Shown: one piece after another, positions 22,284 through 32,220 of the stretch
Layout: each line of letters begins with the position of its first letter
Position numbering within the stretch: position 1 is the stretch's first letter
Source: Oopsacas minuta
Lineage: Eukaryota; Animalia; Porifera
Assembly: GCA_024704765.1 (NCBI GenBank)
Contig: JAKMXF010000133.1
Coordinates: 248,001-312,000 of the forward strand
Length of the DNA: 64,000 nucleotides
Direction: 5' to 3'
The notes under the pieces: generated by a model
Told to the model about the DNA's origin: nothing
Database searches by the model: none
The model's input: only the letters and a program-made list of their open reading frames with translations
Translations under genes and position numbers: made by a program

Positions 22284-23624
22284 CTAAACAATAGATATTT
22301 GTATAACAGCATATTCTCCATTAACCATCCATCTATCAGATTCCTTCGCTGCCCGATCAGCTGTCTCTTGTGTAATTCCACACACCAGGTCAGCTTTGAG
22401 GGTCCTCAGAGCTAACAGATTAGTCGGTGAGAATCCTTCTAATGCTCTCTTGAAGGGTGTAGTGTATGACCAATCTCTATCCCCTAATAGTTTACGATAA
22501 TTGAGATCTCCTTTGAGTATAACAAGATAGCCACTAGCTAGTGACGTGTATAGATCAGGAGATGTTACCTGCATTGTAGAGAATTGGTGAGCTAGTGTCC
22601 AGAAAGGGTGACAACCATATGTCCATATCTTATCCGCAAAATTTCCTAACCATCTATCTGCTAGCAAATTTAAATTCTTATTAGGAGAGGACTTGAGTTG
22701 TTCTAAGGTCCAGTGTAGATCATTTGGAGTTACATCAGATACGAACCAAGGAATATTCTTAATTTCAAAATGGACCTCAGTTGCTGAGTTAGACGTTATA
22801 AGCCAGTCTGCGAAACATAAGTCAGTGAACAGTTCGAATCCAGAATTATCTAACACATATGTTATTCGCCTTTTCACACCTTTTTCCTTGTTAATTAGTG
22901 TCCATGCTAGCTCAGTGTCGTCACATAATATTTTAGACCTCAGGTTGGTGAGATGATCTTTACTGGAAGCTTGTAGCTGAGACAGATCCTGTGAACCGTC
23001 ATATTTCGCGATTAACGACAGATCAGTTTTGTTCCCCCATAAACAGAATTGTAGAAACTTCAAGAAATCTTCTCTCAAATCTGTTTTTATTTCTAACTTA
23101 AAGTCATTTATCTTCTCAATTAAATACATAGATAATGTCTCCATAGCTGGTAATGAGGATTGGAATCCTTTCTCCTTTTGTATACGGAAAGGATCGTATT
23201 TCTTAAAATATTCACTCCCGATAAGTATATCTATAACCTTTCTGTACATATAGCATTCCACGTATAACCATGGGACATTATACCAAGAGGGCATTACATT
23301 CCTTTTGTTAGCTAACTGGACATACAGCTGTCTCCATTCTTCCAGACCATCACCGTGTTCTAAGAACCCCAGATCTTTATCTGTCATTAACTGGTGACGG
23401 ACTTCACTTAGATTACCAATCAGGCATTTTCCCTCTTCTATTTTATTCTTATATTCTTCAGAATTTAGCTCAGACACTGCCTGGTGTAATGTGTCCACTA
23501 TTTGTGTCATTATAACCGGCATTCTGTCTCGGATTGTTAGATACGCAAAGCTGCCAGTTTTACTTCCAATAAGTCTAGGAGCATTCTTGTGTGTGTCCAA
23601 GCATTCTTTGTCTGTTCCTGCCAT
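22284..23624 (-). CDS. ARMT1: Damage-control phosphatase ARMT1 (DUF89)
   Basis: SFAYLTIRDRMPVI, PWLYVECYMYR, LWGNKTDLS, VLDNSGFELFTD, PWFVSD, LKGDLNYRKL, RTLKAD. Confidence 0.95.
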   Translation of the reverse strand: MAGTDKECLDTHKNAPRLIGSKTGSFAYLTIRDRMPVIMTQIVDTLHQAVSELNSEEYKNKIEEGKCLIGNLSEVRHQLMTDKDLGFLEHGDGLEEWRQLYVQLANKRNVMPSWYNVPWLYVECYMYRKVIDILIGSEYFKKYDPFRIQKEKGFQSSLPAMETLSMYLIEKINDFKLEIKTDLREDFLKFLQFCLWGNKTDLSLIAKYDGSQDLSQLQASSKDHLTNLRSKILCDDTELAWTLINKEKGVKRRITYVLDNSGFELFTDLCFADWLITSNSATEVHFEIKNIPWFVSDVTPNDLHWTLEQLKSSPNKNLNLLADRWLGNFADKIWTYGCHPFWTLAHQFSTMQVTSPDLYTSLASGYLVILKGDLNYRKLLGDRDWSYTTPFKRALEGFSPTNLLALRTLKADLVCGITQETADRAAKESDRWMVNGEYAVIQISIV

Positions 23625-23763
23625 TAGTAAACCTACGTATTAGCTGTGTATTCCCTGTAAACTGTATTTTGAATAATACTATGAGGGTAATTTGAAGCTT
23701 CAAAATAGGACTCAGTTATTTTTAGCTAGCTAATATGGGTAGTTCTTGCAACCTTATATGATA

Positions 23764-23930
23764 GAGTCAACTCCTGTTATATCGAACACGGATATATGGA
23801 AATACCTGCTTATATAGAAGTCTGAAATTATACAAATATGGTCCCAAACTGTCAAACTAAACAAGTTTTCCATCGGTTATATCGAAGTAATTATTGCAGT
23901 CCCTTGAGCTTCGATAACAGGAGTTGATTG
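23764..23930. mobile_element. pogo-like MITE with TA TSD, family B
   Basis: TA-GAGTCAACTCCTGTTATATCGAA ... TTCGATAACAGGAGTTGATTG-TA. Confidence 0.7.
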
Positions 23931-23953
23931 TATGCCATTTATAAGTTATAGCT

Positions 23954-24250
23954 ATGAGTAATAGTAATAAATGCTCAGAAGAACATTTCGACAGTATGAG
24001 AGAGAAGGTTTACCAGAGAATAATCCGGTCTAGACAAGATGATGTGAATCAAACTAAACTTGGTTATGAGAGGATTGAAAAGAAATTTGAAGAGCTCGAG
24101 GAGAAAATAGCAAAATTGACAGAGTTAAAGCAGAGAAAGAGTATAAGAGAGAAATACATTCTAATAATCGTTGGAGCTATTATTCTATTTATTCTATTTG
24201 TTCTACAGATGATATTTTTCCGAGAGAGAGAATGGAGGATTTTTAGTTAA
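23954..24250 (+). CDS. 98-aa coiled-coil protein with a C-terminal transmembrane helix; unknown family
   Basis: Heptad-rich IEKKFEELEEKIAKLTELK followed by YILIIVGAIILFILFVLQMIFF; TAG acceptor 2 nt before the ATG like neighbouring genes. Confidence 0.6.
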   Translation: MSNSNKCSEEHFDSMREKVYQRIIRSRQDDVNQTKLGYERIEKKFEELEEKIAKLTELKQRKSIREKYILIIVGAIILFILFVLQMIFFREREWRIFS

Positions 24251-24403
24251 CTAAAATTGTATGTGTCATGTGTGTGCGTCTTTTAATCACAAATTATTTA
24301 TATGAAATGTCTCTCGACAAGTGTTATACGTAGTTAAGAGTACAATATCAGTAAATGTACACAGAGGTGAATAGGATATTTATAAGCGATCTGGTTACAC
24401 AGG

Positions 24404-27400
24404 TTATGAAGACTTCTCTTGCAAGTTGAGGCGTTTTGATTTTCTAAAAATATACATATCAATTGTCTTATCCTCATTATTGTCGTGTTAATTATAGTGT
24501 CAGTTTGTAACACGTAAATAAATCTAATTAGTGACTTACCTTTGATATGGGAACTCGTTTATGCGATTTTCTCTTTCTTGGAGAATTCGTTCCTTTTCAG
24601 CTAGCAGTCTGTCTTTCTCCATAAGCCTTGATTCCCATCCTACACACAACAATACAATAATATACGTATAATGTAACCTCCACAAGCGGGGTGTCAGGGA
24701 CGCCGATGCTACCACGCTTCCCGTTAGTGGAGGTTACACTGTATACTTTTGTTCGTATTTAGTAATGGCAGTATTCGGGTCTCCAGCAGAGCAGGACATG
24801 TTAGTAGACAGTTTCTGCGGAATCACAGGTATACAAGCTGACAGAGCTAGGAACTATTTAGAAGCACATGTCTGGAATTTGGAGACTGCTCTCTCAACAT
24901 ATTATGACGACAATCCGGGAGGACACAGCCCGCAGGTTATCCAACAGCTCAGAAGTCCTGTTCCGAAAGGAGCGGATCCGAAGGCAGGAGGGTACACAAA
25001 TATGAAAGAGATGCGTATGGACCAAAGCAAGGAGATGGAAAAGAAAAAGAATGAACAGTTCTTTGCCGGGGGGAGTGACTCGTCTGGACAGATGATAGAA
25101 GGTCCCCCTAAACCTGATCTAGAGGATGACATAGTGACTAGCACCTTCAAGTCAGCTAAGGAACAAGGGGCAGAGAGTGCAGAAGAGTACCATCGAACTG
25201 CTAAGAATACGGATCCTGGACAATTCATGGGTACAGGAAGGAGACTAGGCAAGAGTGAGACAGAGGTTAGCAGAGAGATCCAGGGAGCTCCTCCACCCCC
25301 CAAGCCTAAAAAGTTCCATCTGAAATTCTACAAAGACGGTTTTACTGTGGATAATGGAGAACTGAGGAAGTTCGAGGATCTAGGAAGTAAGCAATTCATG
25401 ATGGCGATATCTAAAGGATATATTCCTGATGAATTAGTTAAAGAAGCAGGAGGACAAGAAGTACATTTGGAGATGGAGGATAATCGGGAGGAGATCTACA
25501 CGCCTTCTAAACCAAAGCTCCAGCCCTTCGGAGGTAGCGGGCAAAGATTAGGGAGTGTAGCTCCTGAAATAAAGACAAACCAACCAGAACCAATTCCAGA
25601 GGTGACAACAGCTGATACGGAAAGTAATCTCCCAATAATCAACACCTCTCTCCCTATCACTACTCTACAAATACGATTAGCAGATGGTACTAGACTAACT
25701 CAGAAATTCAATCACATGCACACTATTGCAGACCTGAGACTATTCATCTCATGTAAAACTACTCAAACAGAGAAAATATTTGTGATAATGACAACATTTC
25801 CCAACAAAGAATTGACAGATGACAGTCTTACACTCTATGAGGCTAATCTATTGAATGCAGTTGTTGTACAGCGATTCAAGTGATTAGTTATGTGTCATGC
25901 TAGTGTGTTAGGTGACTTGTTAGATAGTGAATGCCAATTACCCTAACAACAGTGTTGATTATATTGCAGAGGTTGCTATTAATAATATATACAAATCATA
26001 CAAATATAGTGATATTCAAATTTGCTTAATCGGGACAATTTCCAGGTATGATTCAGAGATATGAGAATTTTCGGTTAATCGGGAACTCTGCTTAATTAGG
26101 ACGAATTACATGGAAGGAATGTGTCCCGATTAAGCGTAAACGACAATAAAGTATGTGAAGTATTCGCCAGTTTATTAAAGTCAAATTCTTCTGAATTATT
26201 AATATATATATATTCCCTGCATTATACAATAAGTATGTGTGCAGCTAAATACCCTAATAATGAAATAGACACAACAGATAACAGAGACAATACTACCCCA
26301 TTCGATACTCTCTTTAAACTTTACAAAAAGAAAGTACTCTTATCAACTCTACCAGCTCCTATAGACTTACCCTCTGTTACAGCTGATTCAGAATGGAGCA
26401 AGCATTTGAAATTATTAAAACTTGACTACAGAGATGATTTCCATCATAACCTAGGCTTAAACTCTCCTTTAGATTGGGATTGTTACACCCTCCCTGAGTT
26501 ATACCCCGGGTTAATGTATATACCAAATATCTTCAAAGAGGGGTGCCAGTATCCATGGGTATGGAGAGCTATCTCAGCTTACAACTGTCTGCCTAACAAA
26601 TGCAATATAGATGCACATATACACCGTAGTGATAGAAAGAGACTATGGAATGCAGTAGAATGGACTGATATAAATCTTAAGGAAGGAATCAGACATAAAA
26701 TGAGAGATAACTTGATGTATCAACTAAGATGGACTACTCTAGGTTACCAATACGATTGGACTAGTAAAGTATACAGAGAGAAGGACTATTCTCCCATCCC
26801 TGAAGAATTAATACAATTATTCCAGTATATAGCTAATGTATTCGGGTACAAAGCATTCAAACTAGAAGCTGGTATAATCAACTACTATCATATAGATTCT
26901 ACTCTATCTGGTCATATTGATCAATCTGAATTTAACCTGGACGCTCCTTTGTTCTCACTGAGCTTTGGACAACCTGCTGTATTCTTGGTAGGAGGGGCTA
27001 CTAAAATGACAAAGCCTGTTCCTTTATTGCTACATAGCGGAGATCTGGTAGCAATGACAGGGCCTACACGACTAGCTTATCACGCTATACCTCGAATAAT
27101 AAAACAAGAATCTGATACTAAAGCCGTTACTGTTATAGATGATACAAGTAATTTAATTGAGGAACTGAGAAGCAAGGAAATGTATGGAGAAGTGGAAGCA
27201 GTCAAGAATTATATGGAATATTCTAGAATAAATATGAATATACGGGAAGTAGGGGTATTCCCTAAAACATAGATAAATACTAAATGTATTCTATACTTAT
27301 TCTATAAATGTTATATAGCATGGCTCAAGCAATAGATACTGAAGAAATAACTGAGAAATCAGATGAGAAACCAGAATTAACTTTCAAGTCTTTGGGTATT

Positions 27401-30040
27401 GTAGACGTTCTCTGTGAAGCCTGCCTACGTTTGAAATGGACTACACCCACTAGGATACAAGAGGAAGGGATTCCTCTAGCTCTAGAGGGTAAGGATATTA
27501 TAGGACTAGCGGAGACAGGTTCTGGTAAGACCGCAGCGTTCGCTATCCCAATCTTACAAGCTCTCCTGGAAAAACCTTCCAGATTATTCGCGCTTATTCT
27601 TACTCCAACACGTGAACTAGCCTATCAGATTTCAGAACAGTTCGAGGCACTGGGATCAGGGATAGGTGTTAAATGTGGCGTTATAGTGGGCGGTATGGAC
27701 ATGGTGTCACAAGCCCTCGTACTAGGTAAACGTCCTCACGTCCTTATAGCTACCCCTGGGAGACTACTTGACCATCTAGAGAACACCAAAGGGTTCAATC
27801 TCAAATCTCTAAAGTATCTAGTCATGGATGAAGCAGATAGGATACTGAATATGGATTTTGAAGTTGATCTGGATAAAATTCTTAAAGTTATTCCCAAACA
27901 AAGACACACATATCTATTCTCAGCTACGATGACTAAGAAAGTACAAAAGCTACAAAGAGCTTCTCTCAAGGATCCAGTTAAAGTAGAAGTATCAAGCAAG
28001 TACCAAACAGTGGAAAAGCTCCAGCAATATTATTTATTTATACCAGCCAAATACAAAGATTGTTATCTAGTTAGTATTATCAATGAGATGGCTGGTAACT
28101 CTTTCATGGTGTTCTGTGGTACTTGTAGCAATACCACACGTACAGCTCTGTTGCTACGGTCCTTAGGGGTGCAGGCTATCCCCCTAAACGGGCAGATGAG
28201 TCAGACAAAGAGGTTGGGGGCACTTAACAACTTCAAAGCTAAGCCTGGGTCTATCTTGGTAGCTACAGATGTAGCTAGTAGGGGGCTAGACATTCCGCAC
28301 GTAGATTTCATTATTAACTTTGATATCCCGACACATTCTAAGGATTATATACACAGAGTAGGACGGACAGCCCGGGCAGGGAGATCCGGTCGTAGCGTGA
28401 GTTTTGTTACCCAATATGACGTAGAACTCTACCAAAGGATCGAATTCTTAATTGGAAAGAAGTTACCTGAATTTCCTACAGTACAAGATGAAGTACTACT
28501 GTTAATGGAGAGGGTTAACGAAGCTCAGAGAATAGCAAAGATGGAAATGAAAGATTTAGAGGAAAAGAAGAAAAAGAGAAAAGTAGACGATGAAGATGAT
28601 AATAGAATTATTCCTTACAAGAAGAAGAAATATAGGAAATAAATTCAGTTCTCTATTAGCTAGTTTGTTATCATTGGAAGTAATATTAAATAGGGATATA
28701 CCACTTACTCAATAATTCCTTCTCCTTTGCCTGTAGTTCACGTTCTCTTGTTGACAATATTGTTGTTGTCCTCTCACGAGTGTGACTAACAAACAAATAA
28801 ACAATCATAAACAAGTCTAGGTTTATTTCATATATTAAATCTTACTTTCCAAATTCCATCTCTGCTACTTTGAACATTCTATGCGAGATTAATTCAGCTA
28901 TATCTGGTCTGGAGCAAGGCTAGAAACATGAAAATTATACGGACATAACCAGAGGGTAATTATGTGAAGTATTACCGATAATTGTAGCATTTTATTGATA
29001 ACTATTGCTAGATCTTGTGAGTATAGTTTAGGAGAGAATGGTTGATACTTTCCCGCTTTTATTTTCAGGAACAGAGCTGATTGATTAAGAGCTGTGAACG
29101 GAGGACTAGCAATAACAAACAACAAATAAACACAAATACCATCATACATATTAATACTTCACACCTCAACACACATAGCTCATATATAATACATCCTAGC
29201 GCCCAGATATCTGATTTTTCGTTATAAGCCTCATTATTCAACAGTTCCTATTAACAACAAATATTTGATATGAAAATTTACACGTTTTGACACATAAGTA
29301 CTCACAGGTGACATGTAGTAAGGTGTTCCCACAAATGTAGTAGCGAAACTAGAGTTATGCGCTAATATCCTAGCCAAACCGAAGTCTCCTAACTTGATAT
29401 TAAGAGAACTGTCTAAGAATACATTCCCGGGTTTAAGATCTCTGTGTATAACTTTAGCCATGTCTGATTTCTGACGATAATGACAGGCTTGTAGAGCTTG
29501 TAATAGTTGCTGGAACCATTTCATAACGAGATTAGCTTCAAAGGGTTTTCTTTAGCAATAGGAAATAATAGAAAATTTCCATAGAATAGGAACGGTGATA
29601 CTTATTTATTTATTCAAAAAAAGTTTAAGCCTACCTTTTGGGCTTTTGCCTAGCAATGAGAGAAGACAGATCACCCCCAGAGCAATATTCCATTACAATA
29701 TAGAGTCTTAAAGTATTTTTGTCTATTATTCGCTGATAGTACTTTACAATGTGCTCATGTCTTAACTCCCTCAGTAGATTAACTTCTGATACTAGCATCT
29801 GTTTCTCGTTATCTGACATTAATCCGTAATCCAATTCCTTCCATACGAGTATCTATACAATGATATTGTGTATTAATAATTATGCGAAAGACGGATAAGT
29901 TATGAGCTCTTTGCGTCGAGCCTAGAAGCATTTCTGGAAAATATACATACTTTTGAATCTGTTTTTCGTCTAATTTTCTTACAAACACCGAAAGAACCTT
30001 TCCCTATCTGTTCTAGAACTTCATAATCCTTCAATTCCAT
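24404..30040 (-). CDS. NEK2: NIMA-related kinase NEK2; exons include 30040-29951, 29852-29635, about 29560-29306, two short kinase exons near 29250-28990, about 28919-28846, 28785-28709, then 24639-24540 and 24443-24404
   Basis: [26 protein letters not shown] / [10 protein letters not shown]...SEVNLLREL / [12 protein letters not shown]...DFGLARIL...[11 protein letters not shown] / KSDIWALGC; the coiled-coil tail REREL..KEKELL continues in phase into [26 protein letters not shown] beyond a 4069-nt intron. Confidence 0.85.
24669..24741. mobile_element. 73-bp TA-flanked MITE, family C
   Basis: TGTAACCTCCAC(A)AGCGGG / CCCGTTAGTGGAGGTTACACTG inverted repeats; a lone similar TIR (TAGTGTAACCTTCATAAACGGG) lies near 6487-6508. 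Confidence 0.65.
24765..25883 (+). CDS. NSFL1C: p47 / NSFL1 cofactor (UBA-like, SEP, UBX), nested in the NEK2 intron
   Basis: FCGITG...[11 protein letters not shown]; [11 protein letters not shown]; [18 protein letters not shown]...GYIPDEL; [10 protein letters not shown]; [14 protein letters not shown]...FPNKEL. Confidence 0.95.
   Translation: MAVFGSPAEQDMLVDSFCGITGIQADRARNYLEAHVWNLETALSTYYDDNPGGHSPQVIQQLRSPVPKGADPKAGGYTNMKEMRMDQSKEMEKKKNEQFFAGGSDSSGQMIEGPPKPDLEDDIVTSTFKSAKEQGAESAEEYHRTAKNTDPGQFMGTGRRLGKSETEVSREIQGAPPPPKPKKFHLKFYKDGFTVDNGELRKFEDLGSKQFMMAISKGYIPDELVKEAGGQEVHLEMEDNREEIYTPSKPKLQPFGGSGQRLGSVAPEIKTNQPEPIPEVTTADTESNLPIINTSLPITTLQIRLADGTRLTQKFNHMHTIADLRLFISCKTTQTEKIFVIMTTFPNKELTDDSLTLYEANLLNAVVVQRFK
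26023..26136. repeat. Inverted-repeat element (decayed MITE) upstream of ALKBH1
   Basis: GCTTAATCGGGACA / TGTCCCGATTAAGC perfect 14-bp inverted repeat, plus internal copies GTTAATCGGGA and GCTTAATTAGGAC. Confidence 0.55.
26235..27272 (+). CDS. ALKBH1: AlkB homolog 1 dioxygenase, nested in the NEK2 intron
   Basis: [62 protein letters not shown]; first ATG at 26235 (the GTG start at 26121 lies in a repeat). Confidence 0.93.
   Translation: MCAAKYPNNEIDTTDNRDNTTPFDTLFKLYKKKVLLSTLPAPIDLPSVTADSEWSKHLKLLKLDYRDDFHHNLGLNSPLDWDCYTLPELYPGLMYIPNIFKEGCQYPWVWRAISAYNCLPNKCNIDAHIHRSDRKRLWNAVEWTDINLKEGIRHKMRDNLMYQLRWTTLGYQYDWTSKVYREKDYSPIPEELIQLFQYIANVFGYKAFKLEAGIINYYHIDSTLSGHIDQSEFNLDAPLFSLSFGQPAVFLVGGATKMTKPVPLLLHSGDLVAMTGPTRLAYHAIPRIIKQESDTKAVTVIDDTSNLIEELRSKEMYGEVEAVKNYMEYSRINMNIREVGVFPKT
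27320..28642 (+). CDS. DDX47: DEAD-box RNA helicase DDX47/Rrp3, nested in the NEK2 intron
   Basis: [31 protein letters not shown]; [14 protein letters not shown]; ATG 27320 follows a TAG acceptor (in-frame ATG at 27308 is an alternative). Confidence 0.95.
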   Translation: MAQAIDTEEITEKSDEKPELTFKSLGIVDVLCEACLRLKWTTPTRIQEEGIPLALEGKDIIGLAETGSGKTAAFAIPILQALLEKPSRLFALILTPTRELAYQISEQFEALGSGIGVKCGVIVGGMDMVSQALVLGKRPHVLIATPGRLLDHLENTKGFNLKSLKYLVMDEADRILNMDFEVDLDKILKVIPKQRHTYLFSATMTKKVQKLQRASLKDPVKVEVSSKYQTVEKLQQYYLFIPAKYKDCYLVSIINEMAGNSFMVFCGTCSNTTRTALLLRSLGVQAIPLNGQMSQTKRLGALNNFKAKPGSILVATDVASRGLDIPHVDFIINFDIPTHSKDYIHRVGRTARAGRSGRSVSFVTQYDVELYQRIEFLIGKKLPEFPTVQDEVLLLMERVNEAQRIAKMEMKDLEEKKKKRKVDDEDDNRIIPYKKKKYRK

Positions 30041-30110
30041 ATTTATAGCTAATTCAAAACATAATTTATTGTTGTTTACTTGCTTTATTAAATAAATAAT
30101 ATTGGAATAT

Positions 30111-31166
30111 TTATGATTGAATTTCAGAGAGTTTATTTCTAATCTCAGATTCTTCTCTAATCAGTTTCTGCTCCTCCTCTTCAATCTCATTAAGTTCTCT
30201 AGTGAATCTCTCTTTCAAGAACGGATTTGTAGTTCCATCAATCCTACTCTTTTGTTTATTTAGTTTTACTCTAAGTGATTTCAGTTCTTTACTCATTTTA
30301 TCTAAGTCTTCTTCCAATTTTAACTGTACACTATTATCAATTTCTATCTTGGGATGTGTGTCTATCTTATCTTGAATCAGGTCTACTTGCTCTTCAATAA
30401 TATCTTCTATAGGCTCAGGTAGCTCTTCTAAAACTTCCCCCAGATTAACTAGAGGATTATTTTTATCATCCTCCTCATCAGAAGAACTTACTTCACCGAT
30501 AAGATTAATGCCAGAGGCTGGAGGGGTCGATTGTACAGGTACACAGAGTTGTCCTTGGTTCAGTGACATCTCAGCTGATGATATGTCCATGAGTTCCTTA
30601 GGCGTAGCTGGGGTGCCAGGGGGTCTAGCCTCCTCGTCAGTCAAGAGCTCAAACTCCACATTAACAGCTTCTGCATCCTCCTTCAACAATCGTCTAACTT
30701 CACTCTCAATCTCTGGGGAATCGATTAATTTTTTGAGTGCTGTTTTCCTAAACCTCTTTTTACGTATATTTTTAAGTGGAGGTGTGATACCGTGTTTCCA
30801 TTGATATCTTCTCTGTAGCTGATTTCTCTGTTTAAGTGTCAAATCATTTATATCATCGCATGGCATATCAAAGGGTTCTTCACTACACACAATCATTTGT
30901 CCGATATTCCCAGATTTGTAAAGTGTCTTTTTGTCTAATGTCTTATTAACATCAATAATACAAGGGAGATCAACTGCTCTACCATATAAGGTATTATCAT
31001 CAAATCTTAATTTACAATTTCTACCGTCATGTCCTATTTTTATTTGTAGTCGCTCCTCTAGGGTGTCTGTTGTTATTGATTTGGCTACCTGTTGGGCTAC
31101 ATGAGGGGGGAGGCGAAGGAGGCAATGTTGTTCTAGCTGTCCTATTCCGTACTCTTGTTCTGTCAT
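30111..31166 (-). CDS. TAF7: TFIID subunit TAF7
   Basis: LEQHCLLRLPP, VDLPCII, LYKSGNIGQM, HGITPPLKNIRKKRFRK, C-terminal NPFLKERF coiled coil. Confidence 0.93.
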   Translation of the reverse strand: MTEQEYGIGQLEQHCLLRLPPHVAQQVAKSITTDTLEERLQIKIGHDGRNCKLRFDDNTLYGRAVDLPCIIDVNKTLDKKTLYKSGNIGQMIVCSEEPFDMPCDDINDLTLKQRNQLQRRYQWKHGITPPLKNIRKKRFRKTALKKLIDSPEIESEVRRLLKEDAEAVNVEFELLTDEEARPPGTPATPKELMDISSAEMSLNQGQLCVPVQSTPPASGINLIGEVSSSDEEDDKNNPLVNLGEVLEELPEPIEDIIEEQVDLIQDKIDTHPKIEIDNSVQLKLEEDLDKMSKELKSLRVKLNKQKSRIDGTTNPFLKERFTRELNEIEEEEQKLIREESEIRNKLSEIQS

Positions 31167-31527
31167 TATTATAACTAACAAATATAGTCTGAACTGTTTG
31201 ATGAATAATTTGAGGCGGTATTACGCCGATGTGCATACTTAGCAACCCAATTTACAAATTCCTGATTTCACATATTACCCCCAAAAATATCCAGAAATAT
31301 TGAAAAAAACTTTCTCCAAGATTTTCAATATTTTCCCCTGGATATGAAGTCAAGTTCCGAGGTAATCCTTTGGAGAAGTTGGCAAGTATGCATATGATCT
31401 CACGAAGCCGATAATTAGATAATTAATGATATAATTAATATACAAATATGATATATACCTATTCAGTATTCCAAAAAGCTAGTAAACAAAATCGGTTCTA
31501 AAATTCTCACTAATATTTCTAAACATA

Positions 31528-32040
31528 TCAGTCTTGCTTAACAGAATCTGGCTTTATAAATACCCCGATAGTGAAGTATCTCCAGGAAATCAGGAAAGTC
31601 ATTACCATAGGTGGTACAACCTGGGATACAGGGTCCCCTAAAGAACAATGTGTGTAGAATGCCCCTACCATCATTAGCAAGAGGAGATGATTAGCTAATA
31701 TCCTTAAGTTCCTGGTACCCACGAGTAGGAGGATAGCTAAAACTATCTCTGAGACCCCGACGAGAGTTCTGTAGTTATCCGGATCAGGTGTGTAACCGAA
31801 TAAACAAGTCGGAGCAACAGTAACGTACCGATGGAATTCTCTTTGTAAATGAACATGCAATTCATATGAAAACCTTATTGATAGCTTCATGTAACCAGCC
31901 AGTAAGAATATTAATACAATTACAATGGTTAGTATTCTGTTTATAATTACTCGCATGCTATTCATATTAGAATTATCTGTGAAAACTAACTTGAATATGT
32001 AGCTTGTAAATTTTGAGATCTCACTTGAATTCCTTGACAT
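31528..32040 (-). CDS. TMEM35B: TMEM35-family (DoxX-like, NACHO-related) membrane protein, closest to TMEM35B
   Basis: GYMKLS, FGYTPDPDNYRTLVGVSE, LLLMMVGAFYTH; several hydrophobic helices; first ATG at 32040. Confidence 0.75.
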   Translation of the reverse strand: MSRNSSEISKFTSYIFKLVFTDNSNMNSMRVIINRILTIVIVLIFLLAGYMKLSIRFSYELHVHLQREFHRYVTVAPTCLFGYTPDPDNYRTLVGVSEIVLAILLLVGTRNLRILANHLLLLMMVGAFYTHCSLGDPVSQVVPPMVMTFLISWRYFTIGVFIKPDSVKQD

Positions 32041-32220
32041 TTTGTTACGTGAAAATATTTGGGAAAATATTCTATAAAAATGAAAGTATAGACAATAATT
32101 AAAAGTAATAAGCAAGAGAGGGGACACCCTTGTCTCTGAGGCTAGATTAAAATGTGTATTACAATATAACAAAATATTCGTATTTGATTAATGTAAACTG
32201 ACAGTTAAGTATAGCAAGTA

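Noticed and set aside
26121-26234. ALKBH1 N-terminal extension from the GTG at 26121
   Set aside because: It starts inside an inverted-repeat element; the first ATG (26235) follows an AG acceptor.
28643-28708. NEK2 ending beside or overlapping the DDX47 3' end through a nearby acceptor
   Set aside because: It gives an abrupt or hydrophobic nonsense tail; the phase-matched coiled-coil exon at 24639-24540 fits better. It could still be a minor isoform.
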